DNA of 64,000 nucleotides from an uncultured delta proteobacterium. Lineage in GTDB: Bacteria; Myxococcota_A; UBA9160; UBA4427. The notes under the pieces are model-generated. The model made no database searches, was not told the DNA's origin, and was given only the letters and a program-made list of their open reading frames with translations. Every line of letters begins with the position of its first letter. Positions within the stretch are counted from its first letter, which is position 1. Position numbers and translations under genes: made by a program. Below are positions 10,031 to 20,177 of this stretch, one piece after another. Where the stretch lies: assembly GCA_963822965.1 (NCBI GenBank), contig CAWGJT010000014.1, positions 160,001-224,000 of the forward strand, read 5' to 3'.

Positions 10031-11112
10031 ATGGACTCTCTCCGGATGGTGCTGACCGGTGGGGCCGGCTTCCTCGGCCAGGCGCTCGTGCGCGAGCTCT
10101 CACGCTCCGGCGAGAGCGCTCCGCGCGAGCTTCGCCTCTTCGATCGACAGGTCGCCGACACCCAGGGACTCGCCCGGCGTCACCGCGCTCCAGGGGGACG
10201 TGTGCGACTACGATCGCGTGCTCGACGCATGTCGCGGCGCCGACGTCGTCTTCCATGCGGCCTCGCTCATCGACTGGGGCCAGGCGACCCCGGAGCAGCT
10301 GGCGTCGGTGAACGTGGGCGGCACCGAGAACGTGATCCGCGCGTGTCGCGAGGCCGGCGTTCCCGCCCTCGTCTACACCAGCTCGATGGACGTCGTGTGC
10401 GGGACCGCGCCCGTGGTGGACGCGGACGAGAGCCTCGCCTATCCGAAGCGCTTCGCGAACGCCTACGCGAGCACCAAGGCCCGGGCCGAGCAGATCGTCC
10501 TGGCCGCGAACGGCTCGCCCCGCGCGGCGCGCCCCGGCGAGTCGGCGGCCGAGCCGCGGCTCGCGCACCTGCGCGATCCGCCCGTGCGGCATGTTCGGCG
10601 AGGGCGACCCGTACCACGTGGCGAACGTGCTGAAGGTGGTCCGGGAAGGCAGCCTGCCCTTCCGCCCGGGGAACGGGCGAGCCGCGTTCCAGCACGTCTA
10701 CGTCGGAAACGTGGCCCATGCCCACGTGCTGGCGATGCGCAGGCTGCTCGAGCCCGGCTCGCCGGTGGCGGGCGAAGCCTACTTCGTCACCGACGACACG
10801 CCGGCGGTGAACTTCCTGGACTTCATGGAGCCGATCCTCGAAGCGTTGGGACACCGGCTGCCGCCGAAGTCCCGGCGCGTCCCCTATCCGGTGATGTACG
10901 CCCTGGGTGCGGCGGCCGAGGGCGCGGCGGCGCTGTGCCGGCCGTTCTACCGCTTTACGCCCACGCTCACCCGATCGAGCATGCGCTTCGTGTGCCACGA
11001 CCACACGTTCCGCGGCGACAAGGCGCGCAAGCAGCTGGGCTACGCGCCGGTCTACTCCGAGGCGGAGAGCCTCGAGCGCACCATCGCGTGGTTCCGCGGC
11101 GCCGAAGCCTGA
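10031..11112 (+). CDS. 3-beta-hydroxysteroid dehydrogenase-like NAD-dependent epimerase/dehydratase (2 frameshifts)
   Basis: LTGGAGFLG, VFHAAS, VNVGGTENVIRAC, LVYTSSMDVV, YASTK, HVYVGNVAHAH, GEAYFVTDDTP, spread over three frames. Confidence 0.85.
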
Positions 11113-11128
11113 GCCGCGCGGATTCCGC

Positions 11129-12419
11129 TCAGCGAAGGGTCCAGCGCATCGGCGCGCGCTTGATGCCGCCGACGAAGCTGGAGCGCACCCGGTCGACGGG
11201 CGCCGGTGCGCTCCATCGAGACGAGCCGCTCCCGCAGCTGGTGGTACATGGTGCGGATCTCGAGCCGCGCCAGGTGCGCGCCGAGGCACACGTGCTCGCC
11301 CCGCCCGAAGCCCACGTGGTCGTTCGGCTTGCGGTCGATCCGGAACGCGGAAGGGATCCTCGAAGATCTCCTCGTCGCGGTTGCCCGACGCGTAGAAGAG
11401 GCACACCGACTCGCCCTCGCGGATCGTCTTGTCGCGCACGCTCCATGTCGCGCGTGGCGGTGCGGCGAGAACTGGATCACCGGCGTCGTCCAGCGCACCG
11501 TCTCCTCGATGGCGCCTTCCACCAGGCCCGGATCCTTCGCCAGCTTCTGCCACTCGCCGGGATTGTCGATGAAGCACTGGATGCCGCCGGTCATGGCGTT
11601 GCGGGTGGTCTCGTTGCCGGCGACCACGAGCAGGAAGTAGTAGGAGAGGAGCTCGAAGTCGGCGAGCGGCTTGCCGTCGATGCGCCCCTGCACGACCACC
11701 GAGAGGATGTCGTCCGTCGGGTTCTTGCGCCGCGCTGCTCGGCGATCTCCTTGAAGTAGGTGAAGAGCTCGATGCGCGCCTGCTCGGAGGTCTCGATCGA
11801 GCTGGTCCGGCCGCGCTGGAACTCCGGATCGTCCGGCGCGATGATCTCGTTCGTCCAGCGGAAGAGCAGGTGCCAGTCCTCCTCGGGGATGCCCAGCATC
11901 AGCGCGATCACCGCGATCGTGATCGGCGCCGAGACGTCGGCCACGAAGTCGATGCCGCCCTGTGCGTCGCACTTGTCGCGCGCCTGGTCGAGCACGCTCG
12001 CGCGTCACCGTCTGCACCTTGGGCTCCCACACCTGGACGGTGCGGGGCGTGAACCACTTCGAGATCAGGTTGCGGTAGCGACCGTGGTCCGGCGGGATCC
12101 ATGGTCAGCAGGTGCCGCGTCGTGGGCTCGGGCGGCGCGTCCCGGGTGAAGACGGCGATGCGCGGCTCGATGATCCAGTCCTTCGGGTTCTTGCCGATCG
12201 CGACGATGTCCGCGTGCTTCGTGACGGCCCAGAAGGGATCGCAGCAGTCGGACTCGATCCAGTGCACCGGGTCGTGCCGGCGCAGCCAGGTCCATTCGGG
12301 ATGCGGATAGCCGTCGCGCTGGTACTTCTCCGGCGAGATGACGTCGAGGGTCGACGGGTCGAGATCGTCGGGGAGCGGCCGGACGAAGTCGGGGCTCGGA
12401 CGGAGCTGGCGGTGCTCAT
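11129..12419 (-). CDS. Cytochrome P450 (CYP124/125/142-like), several frameshifts
   Basis: FWAVTKHADIV, LLVVAGNETTRNA (I-helix), EETVRWTTPV (ExxR), HVGFGRGEHVCLGAHLAR (heme Cys). Confidence 0.9.
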
Positions 12420-12584
12420 GCGGACCTCCTGGCGGGGATGGCAGCGCCGGAAATGCTATCGCACTCGGGCCTCGTCGCGGTCTGCGCGCCCCCTGGGTGG
12501 CGCGGCCCGGACCGTTCCCCTTGGGCGGCGTTCCGACCGTCGTGCGGTCGGGCGGTGGCACGCGAGCTGCACCGGCAGGGCTGC

Positions 12585-13808
12585 ATGGAGATCCTGTACG
12601 TCCTGCTCGTCCTGCTGATCGCCACACGCTTGCTAGGGGAGATCGCCGTCCGCCTCGGACAGCCGGCTCTGGTGGGCGAGCTTCTCGCGGGGGTGCTGAT
12701 CGGCCTCGCCGTCGCCGAGGAGAGTCGCCGCCTCCCGGTGCTGGCGGGCCTGCCGGAGAGCGCCGTCTTCAACGCCATCACCGATCTCGGGATCTTCTTC
12801 CTGATGCTGATGGCGGGGCTCGAGCTGAAGCCCTCCAAGCTGGCCCAGGCTTCCGGCTCGGCGGTGATGGTGGCGGTGGGCGGGCTGATCCTGCCGCTGG
12901 CGATGGGCACCGGCCTGGGCCTGGCGATCCTGCCCGAGAGCGAGATGCGGACGGCCCAGAGCCTCTTCCTGGGCGTCGCCCTCTCCATCACGGCGGTTCC
13001 CGTCTCGGTGGGCGTGCTGCTCTCGCTCGGCCGGCTCGATACGGCCATGGGACGCCTGATCGTGTCGGCAGCCATCTTCGACGACGTGCTGAGCCTCGTG
13101 CTCCTCGCGTTTCTCACCGCCGTGCTCCGGACCGGGAGCATCCCGGACGTGACCTCGCTGCTGTGGCTCGTGGGCCAGATCGGCCTCTTCTTCGCCGTGG
13201 TGGTGCCTGCGGGCCGTTACGCGCTGCCGTGGCTCGGGCGGCGGATCGTCCACTTCCGGGAGCCGGAGTTCGAGCTCTCGTTCCTCGTGCTCGCCGGTCT
13301 GGCGTTCGCCGTGTTTGCCGAGGCCCTCTCGATGCACTTCCTGATCGGCGCCTTCCTGGCCGGGCTCTTCTTCGTGCACCGAACCATCGGGCAGCCAACC
13401 TACGAAGACGTGTTCAACAAGGTGAGCGGTCTCACGCACGGCTTCTTCGCACCCGTCTTCTTCGCGTCCATCGGCCTCCATCTCGACGGCAGCGCGTTGC
13501 GCGAGGCCCCCGGCTTCGTGGTCGCGTTGCTGGCGATCGCGACCCTGGGGAAGGTCGTGGGGGCCGGGCTGCCCGCACGGCTCGCGGGGCTCTCCGGACG
13601 AGACGCGTTGGCGGTGGGCATGGGCATGAACGCCCGCGGCGCGGTGGAGCTCATCGTGGCCGATGTGGCCCTCCGCGCGGGCCTCTTCTCGTCCCCCGAT
13701 CCTCCTCCCGCGCTGGTCACCTCCATGTACTCCGCGGTGGTCGTCACCGCCGTGGTGACGACCCTCGGCACGCCGCTCGCGCTTCGCTGGCTGTACCGTC
13801 GGGAGTGA
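12585..13808 (+). CDS. Cation:proton antiporter (CPA2/Kef-like)
   Basis: GQPALVGELLAG, LSITAVPV, AAIFDD, GAFLAG, FFAPVFFASIG, GMNARG; about 12 hydrophobic segments. Confidence 0.92.
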   Translation: MEILYVLLVLLIATRLLGEIAVRLGQPALVGELLAGVLIGLAVAEESRRLPVLAGLPESAVFNAITDLGIFFLMLMAGLELKPSKLAQASGSAVMVAVGGLILPLAMGTGLGLAILPESEMRTAQSLFLGVALSITAVPVSVGVLLSLGRLDTAMGRLIVSAAIFDDVLSLVLLAFLTAVLRTGSIPDVTSLLWLVGQIGLFFAVVVPAGRYALPWLGRRIVHFREPEFELSFLVLAGLAFAVFAEALSMHFLIGAFLAGLFFVHRTIGQPTYEDVFNKVSGLTHGFFAPVFFASIGLHLDGSALREAPGFVVALLAIATLGKVVGAGLPARLAGLSGRDALAVGMGMNARGAVELIVADVALRAGLFSSPDPPPALVTSMYSAVVVTAVVTTLGTPLALRWLYRRE

Positions 13809-13904
13809 AGTGAAGCCATGCTCCCCGCGCTTTCTACAAAGTGCGCTCGACGGCCGGCCGGAGCCTGGTGCACACTTGCGGGACCCGACCCGGAGGAGAC
13901 CGCC

Positions 13905-14759
13905 GTGCCCGCCGCCATCCCGCGCCACGACGCCAGCGAGACGCCCGAGACCATCGCCGGCACCCTCGAGACCGCCGGTGCGGTGATCGTCGAGAACCTC
14001 CTCGACCCGGCGCTGCTCGCGCGTCTGAACGCGGAGATCGATCCGCTGCTCGAGGAAGCGCGTCCCGACCGTCCCTTCCTCAACCCGGTGATCGAGTGGT
14101 TCTTCGGCAAGCAAACCCGCCACGTGACGGCGGTGGCCGCCCGCTCGCGGACCTTCTCGCACGAGATCCTGCCCCATCCGGTCTACATGGCGATCTGCGA
14201 CCGCATCCTGGGACCGGCCTGCTCGAGCTACCAGCTCAACATCGCGCACATCATGGACCGCGGTCCCGGTGCCGAGCAACAGCTGCTGCACCGCGACGAG
14301 GACGTGTGGCCGCACCTGCCGCGGCCGCATCCCGAGATCCAGCTCGCCTCGGTGATCGCCCTGGTGGACTTCCGTGCGGACATCGGCGCCACCCGGGTGG
14401 TGCCGGGGAGCCACCGCTGGCCGCGCGAGCGCGAGCCCCGGCCCGAGGAGATCGCCGTCGCCGAGATGAAGGCCGGCTCGGCGGTGGTCTACCTGGGCTC
14501 GGCGATCCACGCGGGCGGTGCCAACGTGAGCCGGGGAGAGTTCCGGCGCGGTATGCACGTCTCGTACACCGTCGGGTGGCTGCGGACCGAGGAGAACCAG
14601 TACCTGAGCGTGCCGATCGAGGAGGTGCGGGCCATGCCCCGGCGCTCCCAGGAGCTGCTGGGCTACGCGGCGCACGACGCCATCGCCGCCGGCGGCGGCT
14701 ACCTGGGCACGGTGGACCTGGTCTCGCCGGTGGACCTGATCGCCGACGGACGGCTCTGA
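13905..14759 (+). CDS. Phytanoyl-CoA dioxygenase-family Fe/2-oxoglutarate oxygenase
   Basis: QLLHRD (HxD), GATRVVPGSHRW, IHAGGAN, GWLRTEENQYL; GGAGG RBS and GTG start. Confidence 0.9.
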   Translation: MPAAIPRHDASETPETIAGTLETAGAVIVENLLDPALLARLNAEIDPLLEEARPDRPFLNPVIEWFFGKQTRHVTAVAARSRTFSHEILPHPVYMAICDRILGPACSSYQLNIAHIMDRGPGAEQQLLHRDEDVWPHLPRPHPEIQLASVIALVDFRADIGATRVVPGSHRWPREREPRPEEIAVAEMKAGSAVVYLGSAIHAGGANVSRGEFRRGMHVSYTVGWLRTEENQYLSVPIEEVRAMPRRSQELLGYAAHDAIAAGGGYLGTVDLVSPVDLIADGRL

Positions 14760-14886
14760 CGCGCGCGCCCCCCAGCGGGGACTTGCCGTTCCGGTCCGCG
14801 GCCGGCAGCCTTGGGACCCGGCGCCCGAAGGCACGCTCGGAAACCCAACCGCAGGACGGAAACGGGAGAGAGGGGAGAAGCGAGGG

Positions 14887-15192
14887 ATGGCGAACGAGGG
14901 CTACCACGAGGAGATCGAAGATCTCTCGGACGAGACGCGCGACATGCACCGCGCCATCACGTCGCTGATGGAGGAGCTCGAAGCGGTGGACTGGTACAAC
15001 CAGCGCGCGGACGCATGCAAGGACGACGCGCTCCGGGCCATCCTGATCCACAACCGCGACGAGGAGAAGGAGCACGCCTCGATGGTGCTGGAGTGGATCC
15101 GCCGCCGGGACGCCACCTTCTCCAAGGAGCTCAAGGACTATCTCTTCACCGAGAAGCCCATCGCGAAGCTCGAGTCCGAGCAGCGCGACTGA
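14887..15192 (+). CDS. Encapsulin-associated ferritin-like protein (EncFtn) without a cargo-loading peptide
   Basis: RDMHRAITSLMEELEAVDWYNQR...HNRDEEKEHASMVLEWIRRRD. Confidence 0.92.
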   Translation: MANEGYHEEIEDLSDETRDMHRAITSLMEELEAVDWYNQRADACKDDALRAILIHNRDEEKEHASMVLEWIRRRDATFSKELKDYLFTEKPIAKLESEQRD

Positions 15193-15262
15193 GCCCCGGC
15201 CGGCGGGCCGCGCGGCTCGCGGGATGGCCGCCCACGCGGCCGACGCGCTTCGGGAGGGCCGG

Positions 15263-16977
15263 GTGCACGATCTGGTGATCCGGAACGGCACGGTGGTGGA
15301 TGGCACGGGCCGCGCCGCCTTCCCGGCCGACGTCGCGGTGGACGGCGACCGGATCGTGGCGGTGGGCGTCGTTCCGGGCTCGGCGTGGCGCACCGTCGAC
15401 GCCGACGGCTGCCTGGTGACGCCGGGCTTCATCGACCCCCACACGCACCTGGACGCCCAGCTCTTCTGGGATCCGTTGGCGAGCCCGTGCTGCTGGCACG
15501 GCATCACCACCGTGGTGGTGGGCAACTGCAGCGTCACCTTCGCACCGGTGCGTGCCGGCGACGAGGAGCGGCTGGCACGCACCCTCGAGTCCGTGGAGCA
15601 GATTCCGGCCGAGAGCATCCTGGCGGGCGTGCCGTTCGGCTGGCGGGACTACGGGGGCTATCTCGACGCCCTGGCCGCGCGTCCCCTGGGCGTGAACGCC
15701 GCCGGGCTGGTGGGCCACGCGGCCCTGCGCCAGCACGCCATGGGGGCCGCATCCGTGGAGGAGGGGCGCGCGCCCGACCCGCGCCAGCTCGCCGAGCTGT
15801 GCGGCCAGCTGGGCGCGGCCCTTTCGGCCGGTGCGCTGGGCGTCTCGACGTCGCGGACGGCCAGCCATCCCACGCCCGAGGGCCTTCCGATTCCGGGCTC
15901 GTTCGCGCCGGACGACGAGCTCTTCGCGATGGCGGCCGTGCTGCGCGAGCAGGGCCGGGGCGTGGTGCAGTGGGTGGCGGGCTTCGGCGAGCGCGACCAG
16001 CGGGCCGGACTATCCGGGGGCCCGGGCCGAGGTGCGCCGCATGGCGGAGACCAGCCGGCGCTCCGGCGGGCGGCTCGTCTTCAGCATGTTCACCCACGAG
16101 CTGGTGCCGACCCTGCATCGCATCGTGCTCGCCGAGGCGGATCGCGAACGCGCCGCCGGCGCCGCCATCCATCCCATGTTCAACCCCCGCAGCGTGCTCT
16201 CCTTCGTCGGCCTGTCGAACCGCTCGCCGATGCGCGCGGGCCCGTGGAAGGCGCTGTACGAGCGGCCCGCCCGCGAGCGCCTCGCCGCCCTCGAGGACGA
16301 GGCGGTGCGGCGCGCGCTCTGCGACGTTCGCGCCGAGGCGCAGGAGCCGCCGGCGGGAAGCTCGCTGCACCTGTTCGGCCCCGAGCGGTGCGAGTACGAG
16401 CTGCGGCCCGAGCGGCGCCTCGACGCGGTGGCGCGGAGCCGCGGCGAGCGGCCCGCGGAGACGATCGTCGCTCGCTTCCGCGAGACGCGCGGGCGCCAGA
16501 TCTTCGTGTCGGCGGGCTCGAACCAGCGGGCGGACGCGATCGAGGAGGTGTTCTTCCATCCCGGCATGCTCGTGGGCCTGGGGGACGCGGGCGCCCACGT
16601 GACCGGCATCTGCGACGCGAGCATGACCACCCACGTGCTGGCGCCACTGGGCTCGCGACCGCGGGGCGCTGCCCGTCGAGGAAGCGGTCCGGCGGCTCAC
16701 CTCGGAGCCGGCGGCGGTTTTCGGCATTCCGGACCGCGGCCGGCTCGCGCCCGGCGCTCGGGCGGACCTCAACGTGATCGATCTGGCGGCCCTCGAGCCG
16801 GAGCTTCCCGAGTTCGTCTTCGACCTGCCCGCGGGCGCCGGGCGCTGGACCCAGGGGGCCCGGGGCTACCGCCTCACCGTCGTGAACGGCCTCGTGGCCG
16901 TGGAAGACGGGCGACACACGGGGCGTCTCGGGGGGCGGGTGCTGCGGGGCGGATCCGGGAGCGGAGTGTCCGGCTAA
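15263..16977 (+). CDS. N-acyl-D-amino-acid deacylase-family amidohydrolase (frameshifted)
   Basis: DLVIRNGTVVDGTG, PGFIDPHTHLDAQLFWDP, GITTVVVGNC, GDAGAHV, DLPAGAGRWTQ. Confidence 0.88.
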
Positions 16978-17009
16978 GGACCGCCTCCCGGTCTGCCGAT
17001 CCCGGGTCG

Positions 17010-17576
17010 ATGACGGGCTCCCGCGTGATGCTTCTCCTGCCGCTCCTTCTCGCGGTCGCGTCTCCGGCCATGGCCCAGTGGCGCGAGAACGGCAAGGTCG
17101 TCGAAGACGACCTGTGGCGGCGCTCCGACGGTGACTTCGGTGGCATGCTCCTGCTGACCGACCAGCCGGACGGGTTCATCGAGCAATGGAACCGGCCCGC
17201 CGCGCCGGACTATCAGCCGAGCATCCAGACGGTCTCGGACGCCTCCCACGGCGACGTCGTCGCGGCGATGATCCTGTTCTCGCGCTGCGGGGCCGACTTC
17301 GCCGGGGAGTGCCGCGTCGTGGCCGACTTCCGGGTCGTCCGGCCCGACGGAGGGCTCTACGCGGAGCACGAAGGTGCGCCCGTCTGGAAGGCCGCCGCGC
17401 CGGACGGGACCGCGCTCCAGCTCTCCGAGACGCACCTCGCGTTCCGGATCGAGCCCGAGGATCCGGATGGCGTCTACGAGATCCACGCGACGGTGCGGGA
17501 TCTCGTGTCGAGCCGGGTGGTCCACCTCGTGCAGCGGCTCCGGGTACTGCCGGGCCCCGCGAAGCCGGCCCGCTAG
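17010..17576 (+). CDS. Hypothetical exported protein
   Basis: Signal peptide MLLLPLLLAVASPAMA followed by a globular beta-rich sequence with GC3-biased codons. Confidence 0.7.
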   Translation: MTGSRVMLLLPLLLAVASPAMAQWRENGKVVEDDLWRRSDGDFGGMLLLTDQPDGFIEQWNRPAAPDYQPSIQTVSDASHGDVVAAMILFSRCGADFAGECRVVADFRVVRPDGGLYAEHEGAPVWKAAAPDGTALQLSETHLAFRIEPEDPDGVYEIHATVRDLVSSRVVHLVQRLRVLPGPAKPAR

Positions 17577-17604
17577 CAGGCCGATCCAGGCGGGGTCGAC
17601 TGCG
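17573..17604. repeat. CTAG-anchored REP-like palindrome, family A, copy 2
   Basis: CTAGCAGGCCGATCCAGGCGGGGTCGAC lies at a convergent gene junction and matches the copy at 9558. Confidence 0.55.
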
Positions 17605-19024
17605 CCGCCCGCGCCAGAGCGCCAGCAGGCTCACGACGGCGGTCACCGCCAGCCGGTCGGCCCCGGGCTCGGGAACCCGGAACACCTCCCCGCCGAACAG
17701 GTCGAGCACGTAGAGGTTGCCGGCGTCGTCCTCGCCGAACGACGAGATCGATCGCGATGGTGCCCACGTCCGGCGCGAAGGCCGGATCGTCCCCGAGGTC
17801 CACGAGGTCGCGTGTAGTTGGTGCCGTCGAACGTGCTCGGGTCCGAGCCGTCCCAGGCGAGCGACCAGAGCCGGCCGGTGCCGTAGTCGCGCGAAGAAGT
17901 AGCGGCCGGCGAGCGCCGGGACCGGGCCGCGGTAGACGTAGCCGCCCGGTGACCGCGATGCCGAGGAAGGGGCTGCCGCTGCCGGAGAAGCGGCACGTCT
18001 GGCTGCTCGGAGTGGGGGTAGTCGAAGATCGGGTCGATCGCGCCGGCGGGCGCCGCGCCGCCGACCCCGCCCGAGGGCGTCGCGATCGTGCCCTCGCGCA
18101 GCCGCCAGCCGTAGTTCTCGCCGCCGGCGCTCGCCGCGGGCTGGACGTCCACCTCCTCGCAGGTGCCCTGGCCCACGTCGCCGATGTAGAGGTCGCCGGT
18201 CGCGCGGTCGAAGCTGGCGCGGTACGGGTTGCGCAGCCCGTAGGCCCAGATCTCGTCGTCGCCGGTGACGCCGACGAAGGGGTTGTCGGGGGGAATCGCG
18301 TAGTTGCGCTGGGCGTCGGCGGGGAAGTCGTCCGCCGGAGACGTCGATCCGCAGGATCTTGCCCAGCAGGTTGGCGGTGAGTGTCCTGGGCGTTGCCGGT
18401 GCCGGTGGTGTGGCCGGGGTCCGCTGTCGTTTGCCGTTGCCGCCGTCGCCGGTGGCCACGTAGAGGAAGCCGTCGTCGGGCCCGAAGGCGATCCAGCCGG
18501 CGTTGTGGTTGGCCTGGGGCTGGTCGATTCCCAGCACGGGCGTGGCGCTGGCCGCGTCGGCCAGGTTCGGGTCGGCGGCGGAGACCTGGTAGCGCACGAT
18601 GCGCGTGTCGCCGTTCGCGTCGGTGTAGTCGACGTAGAAGAAGCCGTTCGTCGGCGTAGTCCGGGTCGAAGGCCAGGCCGAGCAGGCCCTGCTCGTTGCC
18701 GGTGGCGACGTCCGGGACCGTGAGGAAGGGGGGCTCGAGAGCAGCGTGCGGTCGGAGAGGCGCAGGATGCGGACGTTGCCCGTGTACTGCTCGATCACGA
18801 AGACGCGCGCGCCGTCCCCGGGCGGGGCGGTCAGGAAGACGGGTCGTGCGAGCCCGGTGGCGACCCGCTCCACCGCGAAGCCCTGGGCGAACGCCGGGCT
18901 CGCGCAGGAGGGGCACAGGCGGCGAGGGACGTGCCAGCGAGGCGGCGAAGAGGCGTGCCAGCGAGGCGGCGAAGAGGCGTGCCAGCGAGGCGGCGAAGAG
19001 GCGTGCCAGCAGGGTGCGTGTCAT
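17573..19024 (-). CDS. PQQ-dependent sugar dehydrogenase (glucose/sorbosone family) with PEP-CTERM-like tail, many frameshifts
   Basis: EQGLLGLAFDPDY, QPQANHNAGWIAFGPDDGFLYVATGDGG, LLGKILRIDV, GENYGW, ISSFGEDDAGNLYV, VPEP-hydrophobic-RGRRS. Confidence 0.85.
   Translation of the reverse strand: MTRTLLARLFAASLARLFAASLARLFAASLARPSPPVPLLREPGVRPGLRGGAGRHRARTTRLPDRPARGRRARLRDRAVHGQRPHPAPLRPHAALEPPFLTVPDVATGNEQGLLGLAFDPDYADERLLLRRLHRRERRHAHRALPGLRRRPEPGRRGQRHARAGNRPAPGQPQRRLDRLRARRRLPLRGHRRRRQRQTTADPGHTTGTGNAQDTHRQPAGQDPADRRLRRTTSPPTPSATTRFPPTTPSSASPATTRSGPTGCATRTAPASTARPATSTSATWARAPARRWTSSPRRAPAARTTAGGCARARSRRPRAGSAARRPPARSTRSSTTPTPSSQTCRFSGSGSPFLGIAVTGRLRLPRPGPGARRPLLLRATTAPAGSGRSPGTARTRARSTAPTTRDLVDLGDDPAFAPDVGTIAIDLVVRRGRRRQPLRARPVRRGGVPGSRARGRPAGGDRRREPAGALARAAQSTPPGSAC
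18930..19010. repeat. Perfect 24-bp tandem repeat x3.4 (encodes LARLFAAS)
   Basis: CGTGCCAGCGAGGCGGCGAAGAGG at 18930, 18954 and 18978, plus a 9-bp partial copy. Confidence 0.95.
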
Positions 19025-19093
19025 GGGGGGCCTCCGTCTCGCGCCGCGCCGGCGGGACGCGGAGCCTCGAGGGTAGCCGCCCGCGGCGACGGA

Positions 19094-20177
19094 TCAGGAG
19101 TCCTCCGCGTCCACCGCCACCCGCTCGCCCGGCGCGCAGGCCGCTCAGCATCTCGACCCAGCCCGCCTCGGCCGGCTCGCCCACGGTGACGAGCCGGCGC
19201 TCGAGGCCACCGGCCTCGCTCACCACCTCGACGAAGCGCAGCTGTCCCACGCTCGAGACGGCGGCGGCCGGCGCCAGGACGCGGCGGCGAGTCTCGGCGG
19301 GAATCGCCACCCGCGCGAACATGCCGGCGATCAGGCGCTCGTCGCTGCGCGTCGATGCGCACCTTGACGAGCAGCGCGCGGGCGCCGGGCTCCGCGAAGG
19401 GCACGAGCTCGTCGACCTCGCCCTCGAGGGTGCGGCCGAGCGCAGGGATCTCGATGCGCAGCGACTCGCCGACCGTGAGATGGACGGCGAGGGACTCGCG
19501 CACCGGCACCTCCACGCGCAGCAGCCCCGGGTCGTAGATGCGCAGCAGCGGCTTGCCGGGCATCGCGGTGTCGCCGGGCTCGGCGAGGCGATCGATCACG
19601 CGACCCGAGACCGGCGCCAGGATCTGGGCGTACGAGAGGCCGTGCGCGCCTGGTCCAGGTTGCTCGCGAGCGCCTCCACGGCGGCGCCTGCGCTGCGCAG
19701 CCCGGCGCGAGCCTGGTCGATCTGCTGCTGGGTGGCGACGCCGCGGCCGAAGAGCTCGGTGGCCCGGGCCGATTCCTGGCGCGCCAGCTCGAGCCGCGCG
19801 CGGGCGCCGCGCAGCGCCTCCTCCGCCTCGCCGACGCGCGCCTTCAGGTCGCGTGCGTCGAGCACGGCCAGCACGTCGCCCCGGGAGACGATCGAGCCGG
19901 CCCGCACGCGCATCTCCTCGATGCGCGCGAGCACCCGCGAGGAGACCGCGGTCTCCCGCGCCGAGGCCAACCCCCCGGACGTCCACTCGATGCTCGGCTC
20001 GCGGATCTCGCGCACGGTCTCCACCGTGGCGTCCGCCGGCAGCGGCGCCTCGCGGACGGCCACGTCGCCTCCGCCCGGGATGCGGTCCTCGCAGCCCCCG
20101 GACAGCCACACCACGGCGAGCGCGAGCACACCGAGCCCGAGCATCGCCTCCAGAATGCGCCGGATCTGCGGCTTCAT
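19094..20177 (-). CDS. RND efflux periplasmic adaptor subunit (frameshifted)
   Basis: N-terminal TM, VSSRVLARIEEMRVRAGSIVSRGDVLAVLD, YAQILAPVSGRVIDRLAEPG, VEMLSGLRAG. Confidence 0.88.

Noticed and set aside
18930..19010. Possible CRISPR array
   Set aside because: The repeats are contiguous with no spacers, are in frame within a CDS, and no cas genes are present.
19088..19098. Another family B copy (GACGGATCAGG)
   Set aside because: It is only 11 bp, has no CTAG and overlaps a stop codon, so it could be chance.
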